The position numbers and the translations under genes were made by a program. Positions 25,501 to 40,200 of a stretch of 64,000 nt of DNA are shown here, piece after piece; position 1 is the stretch's first letter; each line of letters starts with the position of its first letter. Source of the DNA: a bacterium (GTDB lineage Bacteria > Verrucomicrobiota > Kiritimatiellia > CAIKKV01 > CAIYGI01); contig JANYBP010000043.1 of NCBI GenBank assembly GCA_025360745.1, positions 10,455-74,454 on the forward strand, in the 5' to 3' direction. Below the pieces are notes generated by a model. It searched no databases. It had not been told where the DNA came from and saw only the letters and a list, made by a program, of their open reading frames with translations.

Positions 25501-28452
25501 TCAACCAACCGTCTTCGTGGATTCAAGCCGGGCGATCAGAGCGGGCAATTCGTCCAGCCGATCCAGGCGCACACCGATCGCGCCACCCCCTGGATGGGGC
25601 TGGACAAAGGCCGGCTGCGGCGAAAGCCCGAATCTTTCATAGAAGGCTTTTTGGATGAAATCCCTGACCTCGTCCATTTTTGCGAGACTGGAATCCACAT
25701 GCACCTGAAAGTAGTCGCCCTGCCCCGCGGCGTTGATCCGCACCGCTACCGCCTCGGCGCCAAAGGCCCGTTTCAGCATCGCTTCCGCCAGGTCAATCAG
25801 CGCCAAACCGCGAAAGAAGTTTCCGCCTTCGATGGCATGCAGGGAGAATTTAGCGGTCGTGGAAAGCGCGGCATCGTCCAGGCCGCGGTTATAATCGAAC
25901 GGCAGCGCGCCAAGTTTGCGGATCCACGCCGACAGTCTTTCGTAACCAGCCGTTCCCTTATCCCAAGCGTGCTCACGCATAAGTTCGACTCGCGCCGGAA
26001 GCCGGCTTGGATCGATCACAAAGCAGCAGTCGCCCCGCTGGGACCTGGTAACAGTCTCGATCCAGCGCCCGGGATGATGAATCAGCTGGAAATTGCGCGC
26101 CACTTCCACAAACAGATACGCCACCATCGCGCGCAGTGGAATCCCCCGCTCTTCCGCGATCGAACCGTCGGGCAGCCCCCGGCGCAGCAAAGGCTCCCGC
26201 CAGCCCGAGAACAGGGCTTTGAACAATTCATCGGTCTGAAGTCGCGCTGGCTCCGCGGCAACCGCATACGCGGACTGCAACTCTCCGCTCCACCAGTCCC
26301 GATGTTCCTCCAAACGTTCCCGTAAAGCGTCGCGGGAAATAAGCAGGGGCAGACAAAGCAGGGTTTTGCGGACAAAATCTTCCGCTTCAGCGCCCAGACG
26401 CCCGTCGCGCACAAGGTCTTCCTCGATCCTCGAAAAGAAATCGGCATTGGCGGGCAGGCGGCACAAAATGGCGGCTATTTCCGCCGCCTTGCCCGTCAGT
26501 TTCCGCATCTCCGCCGTGGTCGGAAAATTCCCATACGGAGTTCCGGCATAAACGCCGACCGACCATTTCCATGCCTCCTGATCGCGATCCACGCTGTAGG
26601 GAAAAAGAAAGCGGAAGCGATCCGTCGGTACCGGGAAGACCCCGATCAGCCGGTAATTATCGCGGGGATTCGACGAAATCAGCGCGCCCTGCCCGTACTT
26701 GCCCTTTTGTTCCGTGGCCTGATCGAGCGAGCCGGCCCGGACGCCGGTTCCATATTCGGCCTGGCAGGCGAGATGCACCAGCGTGTCGGCGGGCAGGCCC
26801 AATCCAAACAGAACATTGATGGCGTTCTTGACCGCGACCGTCAGAGCGGAGGAACTTGAAAAACCTCCCTGCGGAACATTCCCCGTTGAAGCGATGCGCA
26901 ATCCGCGAAAACCGTCGCGGCCAAGAGCGCACTGTATCCGGTCGCCTGCCGGGCCGCTGCGCATCGTCCGCAAGGAAGCGATGGCATTGCAGATCAGCGA
27001 AAACGGACGGCGCATGCTCGTTCCCACCCACAACGAGCGTGGCGGCAGCGGAATCCCCTCTTCCTTGCGTGTCCGGATTTCCGTGTCGGAAAAATAGCCC
27101 AGCGAGAGCAGAAGTTTCTCCGCCATGCGGGTACCGAACGCTTCGTATTTATACACGTCGTTGACGGCTTCGTCCGGATACATCTGCGGATCGTCCGCGG
27201 GGATCGAGTCGAGCTTCTCCCTGAATTTAGGATTGGCGGGAAAGTGGTGGATCTGGCCATCCTCGGCGGCCTGGGCCAGGAGCACGATCTGTTCCCGTCC
27301 ATGCGCATTCGCCGCGCCGGTCGGCATCTGCCAGGCGGGGCCATAGAAGCGGCCCATGTCGGGGTGCATAAAGGCGATTCGGAATCTTCCGCCGGAAATT
27401 CCGATGGCCAGCGCGCGATCGGCCTTGAAGCCCAACTCTTCGGCGCCCACGGACTCCAGCAACTCGCGCAACTGACAGGCGATCGAGGCGATTTGTCCCG
27501 CGGAGCGTTCCGCCATGATCGCCGCCGCCGCCGCGGCGGCCGCGCCGCCCGCGCTGGCGGTTCCAGGCGGAAACGCGGCGACAATGGACTCCAGACGGGC
27601 GAGGTCCGCCGGGCGCGTGACATCCGAACACAAAATTATGTATTCGGGATCTTCCTCCCCGGCTGTAACGGCACGGACAATTCCGCCATCGCGGCGGATG
27701 GATTCCACCAGATCCGTAAAATAGTACTGGCCCTGCGCGTTGTCGTTGGAGAGTTTACCCAGCCGCTCCCGCAAGGTGCGGGCGCGGACCGCGTAAAGCG
27801 GACAGTTTCCCTCCACCAACTCCTCCAGTTTCCGCCGTTCCTCAGGGTCGGCGATATCGTCGATATCCCGCTGTTCCACGATCTTCCTGACCCCTCCGTC
27901 CGGATCGCGCACAATGCGCCCCTTGCCGTGCTGCGCGGGCGGCGCGTAACGAAGCGACAGCAGCGTCAACTCCGCCTCCCGTCCTCCTTCACGATGCGTT
28001 TCCAGAAGACGCTGAAATATGGATGCCGGCACGATGCGGTCGCCCATGGTGATTACGAGCAGCGCATTGGATTCTTCCAATTCCGGCACGCACAGCGCCT
28101 CAAGCGCGGCATAAGCGGTGCCGCCCGTCGGATTGCCGCTCATCACGTAGATGTTATCGGCGCCCAGACCGGCCATCACCTCCTGATGCGCATAGCCGAC
28201 GAGGCCGATGCAGGGGGCCGGAAACAGGCTGCGAAAGGCGTCGATCGAATGGCGGCCCAGCGGCAGTCCCCGCACCGGCTGAACGCATTTGGGCGCCGTG
28301 CCGAAGCGGGTTCCCTTGCCGGCGGCCAGCACCACCAGGACGCAGTCCGCCTTCCGAACTCCGCCATAGTTGGAAAGCGCGCCCGGATTCAGCACCCGGT
28401 CGGCGCCGATTGCCACGGCATCTTGCAGTAGTATCCGATCGTTGCGCATCAT
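25501..28452 (-). CDS. Bifunctional sugar-1-phosphate nucleotidyltransferase / GHMP sugar kinase (FKP-like, L-fucokinase/GDP-fucose pyrophosphorylase-type)
   Basis: N-terminal LAAGKGTRFG nucleotidyltransferase G-loop. Central/C-terminal GHMP ATP motif PQGGFSSSSALTVAV. 983 aa, similar in size and order to Bacteroides FKP. Confidence 0.55.
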   Translation of the reverse strand: MMRNDRILLQDAVAIGADRVLNPGALSNYGGVRKADCVLVVLAAGKGTRFGTAPKCVQPVRGLPLGRHSIDAFRSLFPAPCIGLVGYAHQEVMAGLGADNIYVMSGNPTGGTAYAALEALCVPELEESNALLVITMGDRIVPASIFQRLLETHREGGREAELTLLSLRYAPPAQHGKGRIVRDPDGGVRKIVEQRDIDDIADPEERRKLEELVEGNCPLYAVRARTLRERLGKLSNDNAQGQYYFTDLVESIRRDGGIVRAVTAGEEDPEYIILCSDVTRPADLARLESIVAAFPPGTASAGGAAAAAAAAIMAERSAGQIASIACQLRELLESVGAEELGFKADRALAIGISGGRFRIAFMHPDMGRFYGPAWQMPTGAANAHGREQIVLLAQAAEDGQIHHFPANPKFREKLDSIPADDPQMYPDEAVNDVYKYEAFGTRMAEKLLLSLGYFSDTEIRTRKEEGIPLPPRSLWVGTSMRRPFSLICNAIASLRTMRSGPAGDRIQCALGRDGFRGLRIASTGNVPQGGFSSSSALTVAVKNAINVLFGLGLPADTLVHLACQAEYGTGVRAGSLDQATEQKGKYGQGALISSNPRDNYRLIGVFPVPTDRFRFLFPYSVDRDQEAWKWSVGVYAGTPYGNFPTTAEMRKLTGKAAEIAAILCRLPANADFFSRIEEDLVRDGRLGAEAEDFVRKTLLCLPLLISRDALRERLEEHRDWWSGELQSAYAVAAEPARLQTDELFKALFSGWREPLLRRGLPDGSIAEERGIPLRAMVAYLFVEVARNFQLIHHPGRWIETVTRSQRGDCCFVIDPSRLPARVELMREHAWDKGTAGYERLSAWIRKLGALPFDYNRGLDDAALSTTAKFSLHAIEGGNFFRGLALIDLAEAMLKRAFGAEAVAVRINAAGQGDYFQVHVDSSLAKMDEVRDFIQKAFYERFGLSPQPAFVQPHPGGGAIGVRLDRLDELPALIARLESTKTVG

Positions 28453-28500
28453 TTACTTCAGGCCCGCACCGATATTCGAGGGCTTCAAACCAGCGGCGTT

Positions 28501-31500
28501 TCAGACGCTTTTCTCCCCGACGGCGAGGCGGGGAAGTTTCAGGCGCGGGGAATGGCGGTGGTATTCCTGGATGCTGCACACTTCCATGCGTCCGGCCTGG
28601 CGCATGCATTCGAGCCCGCCCAGGGCGTAGCGCCAGCCGTGGATCGTGGTCGTGATCGGAATGCCGCGGATCACCGCGTGCGATCGCATGCGCACCTCGT
28701 CCATGCGCGGGGTGGCGCCGCTGGACGGGGTGTTCACGATCCACTGAATCTGCTTCTCCTCGATCAAATCGATCACGTTCGGACGGCCGTCGGAAATGCG
28801 GAACACCGCCTGGGTCTTGATGCCGTTGTTGCGCAGCAGCGTGCTGGTGCCGGCGGTCGCAAAAATGCCGTACCCGAGTTTGGTCAGCCGTTGCGCGAGC
28901 GGAATTACCGCCTGCTTGTCTTCTTCGCGAATGCTCAGGAAAACATTGCCGGAGAGCGGCAGCGGGTTGCCGGCGGCCACCTGGCTTTTGAGAAAGGCCA
29001 TTTCGGCGGAACTGTCTATGCCCATGACCTCGCCGGTGGACTTCATCTCCGGACTCAGCACCACATCGGCGCCGGGGAAGCGGGCGAAGGGGAACACGGC
29101 CTCCTTGACCGAGTAGTGGCGCGGATGCGCCTCGTTGGTAAAGCCCAAATCCCTCAGTTTGTGGCCTGCCATCACGAGCGCCGCCAGTTTGGCCAGCGGC
29201 ACCCCGATCGCCTTGCTCACAAAGGGCACGGTCCGCGAGGCGCGGGGGTTCACCTCGAGCACATAAACCTCGCCGTCCTTGATGGCGTATTGCACATTCA
29301 TCAATCCGCAGACCTGGAGCTCTTGGGCCATCGCCAGCGTCATACGCCGGATCTCTTTTTTGACATCTTCGGTCAACGTCGGCGACGGAATCGAACAGGC
29401 GCTGTCGCCGGAATGAATGCCGGCCAGTTCGACGTGCTCCATAATGGCGCCGATCACCGAAGTCTCGCCGTCGGAAATACAGTCCACATCCACCTCGACG
29501 GCATTCTCCAGATAGCGGTCAACCAGCACTGGACGGTCATCGGAGACCAGCACCGCCTCCGCCATGTAGCGGCGCAGCATTTCGACATTGTACACAATCA
29601 CCATGGCGCGCCCGCCCAGCACGAACGATGGCCGCATCAGAACCGGATAGCCGATTTTCCCGGCAATCGCCTCAGCCTGGATGGCGTTCGTGGCGATGCC
29701 GTTGTCCGGCTGGCGCAGCCCCAGGCGGCGCAGCATGAGTTGGAAAAGGTTGCGGTCCTCGGCGACCTCGATGTTGGAGGGCGATGTGCCGATGATGTGA
29801 ACGCCGTTGGCCTCCAGACCTTTCGCCAGCTTGAGCGGCGTCTGCCCGCCGAACTGCACAATCACCCCTTCGCACTGTTCGCGGCGGTAGATGCTGAGCA
29901 CATCTTCCAGCGTCAGCGGCTCGAAGTACAGGCGGTCGCTGGTGTCGTAGTCGGTGCTGACCGTTTCAGGGTTGCTGTTGACCATGATGGTCTCGAACCC
30001 AGCATCGTGCAGCGCAAAGGCGGCATGCACGCAGCAATAGTCGAATTCGATCCCCTGCCCGATCCGGTTCGGTCCGGCGCCCAGAATCATGATTTTCCTG
30101 CCGGCGCTCTTCCTTACCTCGTCGAGGCTGCCGTAACTCGAATAATAGTACGGCGTCAGGGCGGCGAACTCGGCCGCACAGGTGTCAACCAGTCCGTACA
30201 CCGGCAGCAGTCCCGTCTTTTCGCGCGCCGCGCGCACCGCGCTTTCCTCTGCGTTCAGCAGCCACGCGATCTGGCGGTCGGAATAGCCGAATTGCTTGGC
30301 CTGCCGGAAAAGCGGCGCATCGCGCACCAGCCCTTCAAGCGAACCGGCGCCGCGGATTTCCTCCTCGTAGGCGGCCAACTCCTCGAATTGGCGCAGGAAC
30401 CAGGGGTCGATTTTGGTCAAGCCAAACAGTTTTTCCACCGTCCAGCCGCGCCGCAAGGCAGCGCGCACCTGAAACAAACGCTCTGAATTAGGCCGTTTAA
30501 GTTCAGCCTCCAATTGCTGGTCGGTCAGCGCTTCAGAGCCGGCATCCTTGCCATCGGCGCCGAATCCGAAACGTCCGGTTTCGAGCGAACGGCAGGCTTT
30601 TTGCAGCGAATGCTTGAAAGTCTTACCGATGCTCATGGCCTCGCCCACGGACTTCATCTGCGTGCCGAGCGTGGTGTCGATGCCGGGAAACTTCTCGAAG
30701 GTAAAGCGTGGCATTTTGACGACCACGTAATCGATCGTCGGTTCGAAGCAGGCCGGCGTTTCGCGCGTGATGTCGTTGCGCAACTCGTCCAGGGTGTATC
30801 CGATGGCGAGTTTGGCGGCTATTTTGGCGATCGGGAAGCCGGTGGCCTTGGAGGCCAGCGCGCTGGATCGCGAAACGCGCGGGTTCATCTCGACGATCAC
30901 CATGCGCCCGTTGGCGGGATCGATCGCCCACTGTACGTTCGATCCGCCGGTATCGACGCCGATTTCGCGCATCACCGCCAGCGAACTGTCGCGCATGCGC
31001 TGATATTCGCGGTCGGTGAGTGTCTGCGCCGGCGCCACCGTGATGCTGTCGCCGGTATGCACCCCCATGGGATCCACGTTTTCGATCGAACACACGATCA
31101 CGCAGTTGTCCTTGCGGTCGCGCATGACCTCGAGTTCGAATTCCTTCCAGCCCAGCACCGATTCCTCGATCAGAATCTCGGAAGTCGGGCTGTAAAAAAT
31201 GCCGCGCTGGCCGATCTCGTCGAAATCGGCCTCGTTGTAGGCGATCCCGCCGCCGGTGCCGCCGAGGGTGAAACCCGGACGGATGATCAACGGATAGCGC
31301 CCGATCGTATCGCGCACCAGGCGCGCCTCTTCGATGGTGTGCGCCACGCCGCTGACCGGCACTTCGAGGCCGATCTTGATCATGGCCTGTTTGAACAGTT
31401 GCCGGTCCTCGGCCTTACGGATCGCCTCGGCGCTGGCGCCGATCATTTCCACGCCGTAACGCTGGAGGATGCCCTTGTCCCAGAGTTCGATCGCCAGGTT

Positions 31501-31788
31501 GAGGGCGGTCTGACCGCCCAGCGTCGGCAGCAGCGCGTCGGGACGTTCGCGGCGAATGATCTCGCGCAGGATGTCGCAGGTCAGCGGTTCGATGTAGGTG
31601 CGGTCGGCGAACTCCGGATCGGTCATGATCGTGGCCGGATTGCTGTTGACCAGCACCACCTCATAGCCCTCTTCGCGCAGGGCCTTGCAGGCCTGCACGC
31701 CGGAGTAGTCGAACTCGCAGGCCTGCCCGATCACGATCGGGCCCGAGCCGATCAGCATGACTTTCTTTATATCTGTACGTTTTGGCAT
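28501..31788 (-). CDS. carB: Carbamoyl-phosphate synthase large subunit
   Basis: [30 protein letters not shown]... canonical CarB N-terminus. Duplicated ATP-grasp halves. About 1095 aa. Confidence 0.95.
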   Translation of the reverse strand: MPKRTDIKKVMLIGSGPIVIGQACEFDYSGVQACKALREEGYEVVLVNSNPATIMTDPEFADRTYIEPLTCDILREIIRRERPDALLPTLGGQTALNLAIELWDKGILQRYGVEMIGASAEAIRKAEDRQLFKQAMIKIGLEVPVSGVAHTIEEARLVRDTIGRYPLIIRPGFTLGGTGGGIAYNEADFDEIGQRGIFYSPTSEILIEESVLGWKEFELEVMRDRKDNCVIVCSIENVDPMGVHTGDSITVAPAQTLTDREYQRMRDSSLAVMREIGVDTGGSNVQWAIDPANGRMVIVEMNPRVSRSSALASKATGFPIAKIAAKLAIGYTLDELRNDITRETPACFEPTIDYVVVKMPRFTFEKFPGIDTTLGTQMKSVGEAMSIGKTFKHSLQKACRSLETGRFGFGADGKDAGSEALTDQQLEAELKRPNSERLFQVRAALRRGWTVEKLFGLTKIDPWFLRQFEELAAYEEEIRGAGSLEGLVRDAPLFRQAKQFGYSDRQIAWLLNAEESAVRAAREKTGLLPVYGLVDTCAAEFAALTPYYYSSYGSLDEVRKSAGRKIMILGAGPNRIGQGIEFDYCCVHAAFALHDAGFETIMVNSNPETVSTDYDTSDRLYFEPLTLEDVLSIYRREQCEGVIVQFGGQTPLKLAKGLEANGVHIIGTSPSNIEVAEDRNLFQLMLRRLGLRQPDNGIATNAIQAEAIAGKIGYPVLMRPSFVLGGRAMVIVYNVEMLRRYMAEAVLVSDDRPVLVDRYLENAVEVDVDCISDGETSVIGAIMEHVELAGIHSGDSACSIPSPTLTEDVKKEIRRMTLAMAQELQVCGLMNVQYAIKDGEVYVLEVNPRASRTVPFVSKAIGVPLAKLAALVMAGHKLRDLGFTNEAHPRHYSVKEAVFPFARFPGADVVLSPEMKSTGEVMGIDSSAEMAFLKSQVAAGNPLPLSGNVFLSIREEDKQAVIPLAQRLTKLGYGIFATAGTSTLLRNNGIKTQAVFRISDGRPNVIDLIEEKQIQWIVNTPSSGATPRMDEVRMRSHAVIRGIPITTTIHGWRYALGGLECMRQAGRMEVCSIQEYHRHSPRLKLPRLAVGEKSV

Positions 31789-31797
31789 TTTAATAAA

Positions 31798-31826
31798 CGA
31801 TGAACGATGAATGATGAACGATGAAG
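31798..31826. repeat. Left arm of inverted repeat, (CGATGAA)x4, bracketing the four-helix-bundle gene
   Basis: cgatgaacgatgaatgatgaacgatgaag. Its reverse complement lies at 32215-32242. Confidence 0.75.
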
Positions 31827-31845
31827 AAACTAACGAAAGACGATT

Positions 31846-32220
31846 TCATTGCTGTTTCCTTTTTTTTGCGGTAATTACGGAAGCGGTGAAGATTGCTATG
31901 AGTTCTTCCGTTTCGTCCAACAGCCCTTGCATCTCATCTGACAGAACGGTTTTACTGCCGACCAGCAGTTCCAACCAATATACAGTCTCATCCAACTCCT
32001 GCAGACCACCCTCCATCTTGCTTATGAACTCAGCCGTGGAACGCGCTCGGGACGCTTCGCGATGGTGCGCACCAACCGACGTTCCGCTTCTCAGCACTTG
32101 CTTTCCAAGAACCTGGGCCACGGACGTTTTCGCTAAAGAACAATACATTCGGATAATCCGCAGTGAATATTCCTTCAGCCTCTCTTTCAAATCCCAAGGT
32201 TTCTGTTTTTCCGCATTCAT
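31846..32220 (-). CDS. Four-helix-bundle protein (23S rRNA intervening-sequence protein family)
   Basis: EYSLRIIRMYCSLAK...QVLRSGTSVGAHHREASRARSTAEFISKMEGGLQELDETVYWLELL is typical of the family. Confidence 0.8.
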   Translation of the reverse strand: MNAEKQKPWDLKERLKEYSLRIIRMYCSLAKTSVAQVLGKQVLRSGTSVGAHHREASRARSTAEFISKMEGGLQELDETVYWLELLVGSKTVLSDEMQGLLDETEELIAIFTASVITAKKRKQQ

Positions 32221-32242
32221 CGTTCATCATTCATCGCTCATC
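32215..32242. repeat. Right arm of inverted repeat, (TTCATCG)n, overlapping the start codon of the four-helix-bundle gene
   Basis: cattcatcgttcatcattcatcgctcatc. About 21 contiguous complementary bases with the left arm. Confidence 0.75.
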
Positions 32243-32329
32243 ACGTTGGCGGAATAATGCGCGATGCGGGGAAAAAACGCAAACGAATTGCCTGAGCGTA
32301 CGGATATAATGCCGCGATGAAATGGCCGT

Positions 32330-32542
32330 TACACCGCGACTTCAGCGTGTTGGATTCTGGTTCCGAAGTGCGCATCGACTTCAGGCCGTGCGTCAAGATA
32401 GTCGCGGATGGCGCCACGGATGTTCGCCAAGGCTTCTTCGCGTGTTGCGCCTTGTGAGCAACACCCAGGCAAGGCGTCTCACCAAACGGCAAAACCTTCG
32501 TCGGATTCAACCAGTGTGACGTTGTAGCGTTCGGCATTCATG
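32330..32542 (-). pseudogene. hicB: HicB-family (UPF0150) antitoxin-like gene interrupted by an in-frame TGA
   Basis: My minus-strand translation: MNAERYNVTLVESDEGFAVW-(TGA)-DALPGCCSQGATREEALANIRGAIRDYLDARPEVDAHFGTRIQHAEVAV*. The -PGC-SQG-T-EEAL-N- pattern is HicB-like. Not in the ORF track because of the stop. No hicA partner is visible. Confidence 0.4.
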
Positions 32543-32645
32543 GCGATAAGAAAGCCAGAATGTAGTCGAAAAGTCAAGTAGCGGCGGAATGCCGGGTATC
32601 CGCACCGTACACAGCAAGTTCAAATTCCTGTTGCCTGCCACTCAT

Positions 32646-35760
<3,115 letters not shown>

Positions 35761-35779
35761 CCCCCCACTGCGCACAGGT

Positions 35780-37225
35780 TTAACGAGCCATACCGGTCCG
35801 CCGCTCAAGGTAATCACGCACCCCGTCGGCGGCGCGCCGTCCATCGGCGATCGCCCTCACCACCAGCGACGCCCCATTGGTCATGTCGCCCGCCACAAAG
35901 ACGCCGGGCACGCTGGTCATGTTACGTTCGTTCCGCGCCACATTACCACGAGCGTCAAGGGTCACGTCAAGCTCGCCGAAGAGCCGGTTGGAGCGCGGAC
36001 CGACAAACCCCATCGCCAGCAACACCAGATCGGCGGGCACGCTGAATTCGCTGCCCGGCCGCTCCCGCATTTGCGGCCGCCCACCGTCCGCCGCCGTGAT
36101 CCATTCCACCTCGACCCCCAGCAGCGCGGTCACATGTCCGGCCTCTCCCAGCAGCGCCTTGGTGGAGACGTTCCAGCGGCGTTCGCCGCCCTCTTTGTGA
36201 CTGCTCGAATCGCGGCGCTGTAGCGGCCACAGCGGCCAGGGCGTGGACTCCGCCCGCGCTGACGGCGGCTCGGGCAGAATCTCGTACTGCCGCACGCTCG
36301 CCGCGCCCTGGCGCAAGGCCGTGCCGACGCAATCCGAACCCGTATCGCCACCGCCAATCACAACCACATGCTGTCCGGCGGCGTCGATACGCTCCGCCGC
36401 CGTGATACTCTCGCCGTCGCAGCGGCAATTCATCTGCCGCAGGTATTCAAGGGCGAAGTGCACCCCCGCCAATTCCCGTCCCGGCGCCTTCAAATCGCGC
36501 GGTTCGCGCGCGCCGCCGGAGAGGCAGACGGCATCGAAGCGGCTTTGCAGATAGCGCATGGAAACGTCCTCGCCGACACGCACGCCCAGCTCGAAGACCA
36601 CGCCTTCGGACTCCATCAAGCGCACGCGGCGGTCAACCACCCGCTTCTCCAGTTTGAACTCCGGAATGCCGTAGCGCAGGATGCCACCGGCATGCGCGGC
36701 GGAATCGTAGACCACCACCCTGAATCCCATGCGGTTCAGGGAATCGGCCACCGCCAGGCCGGCCGGGCCGGAACCGATCACGGCCACCCTTTCGTCGCGC
36801 CGCACGGAAGGCGGACGCGCTTTCATGAGCCCAAGTTCAAAGGCTTTTTCGGCGATGTATACCTCCATCTGCCGGATGGTGACCGCCTCGCCGTTCAGAC
36901 CGCATACGCAGGCCGCCTCACAGGGGGCCGGACAGATACGGCCCGTGAACTCGGGAAAATTGTTCGTCGCCAGCAAAAGTTCCAACGCCTCAGGCAGACA
37001 GCCGCGGTATACGGCGTCATTCCACTCGGGAATCAAGTTCGCCAGCGGACAACCGTAGGCATGACAAAAGGGCACGCCACAGTCCATGCAGCGCGCCGAC
37101 TGTTCCAATATCAACTCCGCTTCAGGCAGCAATTCTACGGCATTGAAATCGTGGACCCGCTCCGCCTTCGAACGGTAGCCGGGTTCGCAACGGGCAAACT
37201 CCATGAAACCGGTGGGTTTACCCAT
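35780..37225 (-). CDS. gltD: Glutamate synthase small (NADPH) subunit
   Basis: Cys clusters CMDCGVPFC...CPAPCEAAC and [12 protein letters not shown] Rossmann motif. Confidence 0.9.
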   Translation of the reverse strand: MGKPTGFMEFARCEPGYRSKAERVHDFNAVELLPEAELILEQSARCMDCGVPFCHAYGCPLANLIPEWNDAVYRGCLPEALELLLATNNFPEFTGRICPAPCEAACVCGLNGEAVTIRQMEVYIAEKAFELGLMKARPPSVRRDERVAVIGSGPAGLAVADSLNRMGFRVVVYDSAAHAGGILRYGIPEFKLEKRVVDRRVRLMESEGVVFELGVRVGEDVSMRYLQSRFDAVCLSGGAREPRDLKAPGRELAGVHFALEYLRQMNCRCDGESITAAERIDAAGQHVVVIGGGDTGSDCVGTALRQGAASVRQYEILPEPPSARAESTPWPLWPLQRRDSSSHKEGGERRWNVSTKALLGEAGHVTALLGVEVEWITAADGGRPQMRERPGSEFSVPADLVLLAMGFVGPRSNRLFGELDVTLDARGNVARNERNMTSVPGVFVAGDMTNGASLVVRAIADGRRAADGVRDYLERRTGMAR

Positions 37226-40200
37226 GCACGACCTCCTCGCGCTCGGTCTCCGCGTCTTCCGGCATCATCTGGCCCAGCACACGCCGGTATTCCATCGGGA
37301 AAACCTTGACGAAACAGGGCAGGCGGTTGTCGAAATCGGCCAGAATCTCCCCCGCGCGCCGGCTGCCGGTGAAACTCAGATGCCGCTCCAACATCTTTTT
37401 GAGTTCGCCGATATCGCCCGGCCGCGCGACCGGCTCAAGGTCCACCATGCTCAGATTGCAGCGCGTATCGAACAGGCGGTCCTCGTCATATACATAGGCG
37501 ATGCCGCCGCTCATGCCGGCGGCGAAGTTGAGCCCCGTCCTGCCAAGCACCACCACGCGTCCGCCGGTCATGTATTCGCAACCGTGGTCCCCCACCCCCT
37601 CGACCACCGCCCAGGCGCCGCTGTTGCGAATCGCGAAGCGCTCGCCCACGGCCCCGCAAATATAACATTCGCCGCAACTGGCGCCGTAAAGCAGCACATT
37701 GCCGGCGATGATGTTGGCCGCTGGATCGTAATCGCTGCCGGCCGGCGGCTTGACCACGATCCGCCCGCCGGAGAGTCCCTTGCCGACATAATCGTTGGCC
37801 TCGCCTTCGAGCACTAATGTCAAACCCTTGGCGGCCCAGGCGCCGAAACTCTGACCCGCCGTGCCCTGAAAGCGCAGTGTGACCGTATCGTCAGGCAGTC
37901 CGGCATGTCCGTAACGGCGGGCGATTTCGCCTGCGATCATCGTGCCCACCGTGCGATGCACATTGCGGATCGGCGAGCGAACTTCGACCGGGCGGCGCGC
38001 CTCGATGGCGGGCAGCGCCTGGGGCAGCAATTGACGATCGAGCGCATCCTCAAGGCCGTGATTCTGCGCCTTCGTGCAATGGAAAGGTCCGTCCGACTCC
38101 GGACGGAAAAGAATCCGGCTGTAATCCAACCCGCGGGCCTTGTTAAAGGCGATGGCGTCGTTCATTTCCAGCAGGTCCGAACGGCCGACCATTTCATCCA
38201 GCGTGCGCAGGCCCAGTTGCGCCATGATTTCGCGCAGTTCCTGGGCGATGAAGCGGAAGAAATTGACCAGATATTCCGGCCGGCCCTTGAACAGTTTGCG
38301 CAGCGCCGGATCCTGGGTGGCCACGCCCACCGGGCAGGTGTTTTGATGGCACTTGCGCATCATCAGGCAGCCCAGCACCACCAGCGGCGCGGTGGCAAAG
38401 CCGAATTCTTCCGCGCCCAGCAAGGCCCCGATCGCCACGTCGCGTCCGGTCTTGAGCTGGCCGTCCACCAGCACTCGGATGCAGCCGCGCAGATTGTTCA
38501 AAACCAGCGTCTGCTGCGCTTCCGCCAGACCCAGTTCCCACGGCGCGCCCGCATGCTGGATCGAGGAAAGCGGCGCGGCGCCGGTGCCGCCGTCGTAGCC
38601 GCTGATCAGCACGGCGTCAGCCCTGGCCTTCGCCACCCCCGCCGCGACAGTGCCAACGCCCAATTCCGAGACCAGCTTCACGCTGACGCGGGCCCGCGGA
38701 TTGATATTTTTCAGGTCGTAAATCAGCTGCTTGATGTCCTCGATCGAATATATGTCGTGATGCGGCGGCGGCGAGATCAGCGTCACGCCCGGCGTCGCGT
38801 AGCGTACGCGGGCGATCTCCGCGTTGACCTTATGTCCCGGCAACTGCCCGCCCTCGCCGGGTTTTGCGCCCTGGGCGATTTTGATCTGCAATTCGCGGCA
38901 GTTGACGCAGTACTCGGCCGTCACGCCAAAGCGTCCGCTCGCCACCTGCTTGATGCCGCTGCAGCGGTTGTCGCCGTTGGGCAGCGGCGCGTACCGGGCG
39001 GGATCCTCGCCGCCCTCGCCGCTGTTGCTGAGCGCGCCGATGCGGTTCATCGCGATCGCCATGGTCTCGTGAGCCTCGCGGCTGATCGAACCGAAAGACA
39101 TGGCCCCCGTCATGAAGCGCTTGACGATCGTCTCGACCGCTTCGACCTCTTCGAGCGGCACGACGGGTTGCGCTTTGAAACGGAAAAGTCCGCGCAGCGT
39201 GGATTGCTTTTGCGTCTGATCGTTGATCAAAGCCGCGTATTGCTTGAACATCGCGTAGTCGTTCGCGCGCGTGGCCTGTTGAAGCAGGCGGATGCTGTCA
39301 GGCGACCAGAGGTGGCGCTCGCCGTCCACCCGGTACTTGTAGCGTCCGCCGTCGGCCAGCATTTGCGGCGCATCCGGCGGCGGCGCCCAGGCGGCGCGAT
39401 GGCGCGCATTGGCCTCGTCGCCGATCGTGTCGAGGCCGATGCCCTCCACGCGCGAAGCCGTGCCGGTGAAATATTTGTCCAGCACCGTCCGATTGAGTCC
39501 GACGGCCTCGAAAACCTGGGCGCTGCGGTAACTGCGCAGCGTCGAGATGCCCATCTTGGACATGATCTTGCGCAATCCCTCGTTGATCGCCGCCGTGTAA
39601 TTTTCCAGCGCCTTGGCGGGGCCGATCTCGCCCGCGAGGGCCTTGCTCTCCCCCAGAACGACCACCGTTTCGTAGGCCAGATAGGGATTGATCGCCGTCG
39701 CGCCGTAGCCCAGCAGCAGGGCCATGTGCATCACCTCGCGCGGCTCGCCCGATTCCACGATCAGGCCGGCGCCGGTGCGCAGGCGGCGCCTCAGGAGATG
39801 CTGATTCACCGCCGAAACCGCCAGCAGCGCTGGAATCGGCGCCTGCGCCTCCGGCAAATCGCGGTCGCTCAGGATCAGTATCGTCTTCCCGTCCGTCACG
39901 GCGGCTTCGGCGCCGCGACAGAGCGCGTCGAGCGCCAGTTCCAAGTCGGCGCCCGTGCCGCCCGCGGGAAATCCGGCCGGCAGAGTCTCGGCCCTGAAAC
40001 CCGGCAGGCGCAAGCCGCGCAGACGCTCCAGGTCTTCGTTCGAAAGAATCGGATGGCGCAATTTGATCAGCCGGGCATGCTGCGGCACTTCGTTCATGAT
40101 GTTCGCGGGGTTGCCGATAAAGGTCATCAGCGACATGACCAGTTCCTCGCGAATCGGGTCGATCGGCGGATTGGTCACCTGCGCGAAGAGTTGCTTGAAG

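Noticed and set aside
25498-26325. 275-aa plus-strand ORF inside the FKP-like gene, and 57610..58623 antisense to the URO-D-like gene
   Set aside because: No recognisable motifs. They overlap better-supported genes. Typical high-GC shadow ORFs.
28552-30486. 644-aa ORF antisense to carB (also 30514..31803)
   Set aside because: Antisense to an unmistakable carB. Low-complexity translation.
32478-32484. Possibility that the in-frame TGA in the hicB-like gene is selenocysteine or programmed read-through
   Set aside because: No SECIS-like context looked for or seen. Antitoxins are not selenoproteins. Nonsense decay of an accessory gene is simpler. Kept as a pseudogene call pending read-level verification.
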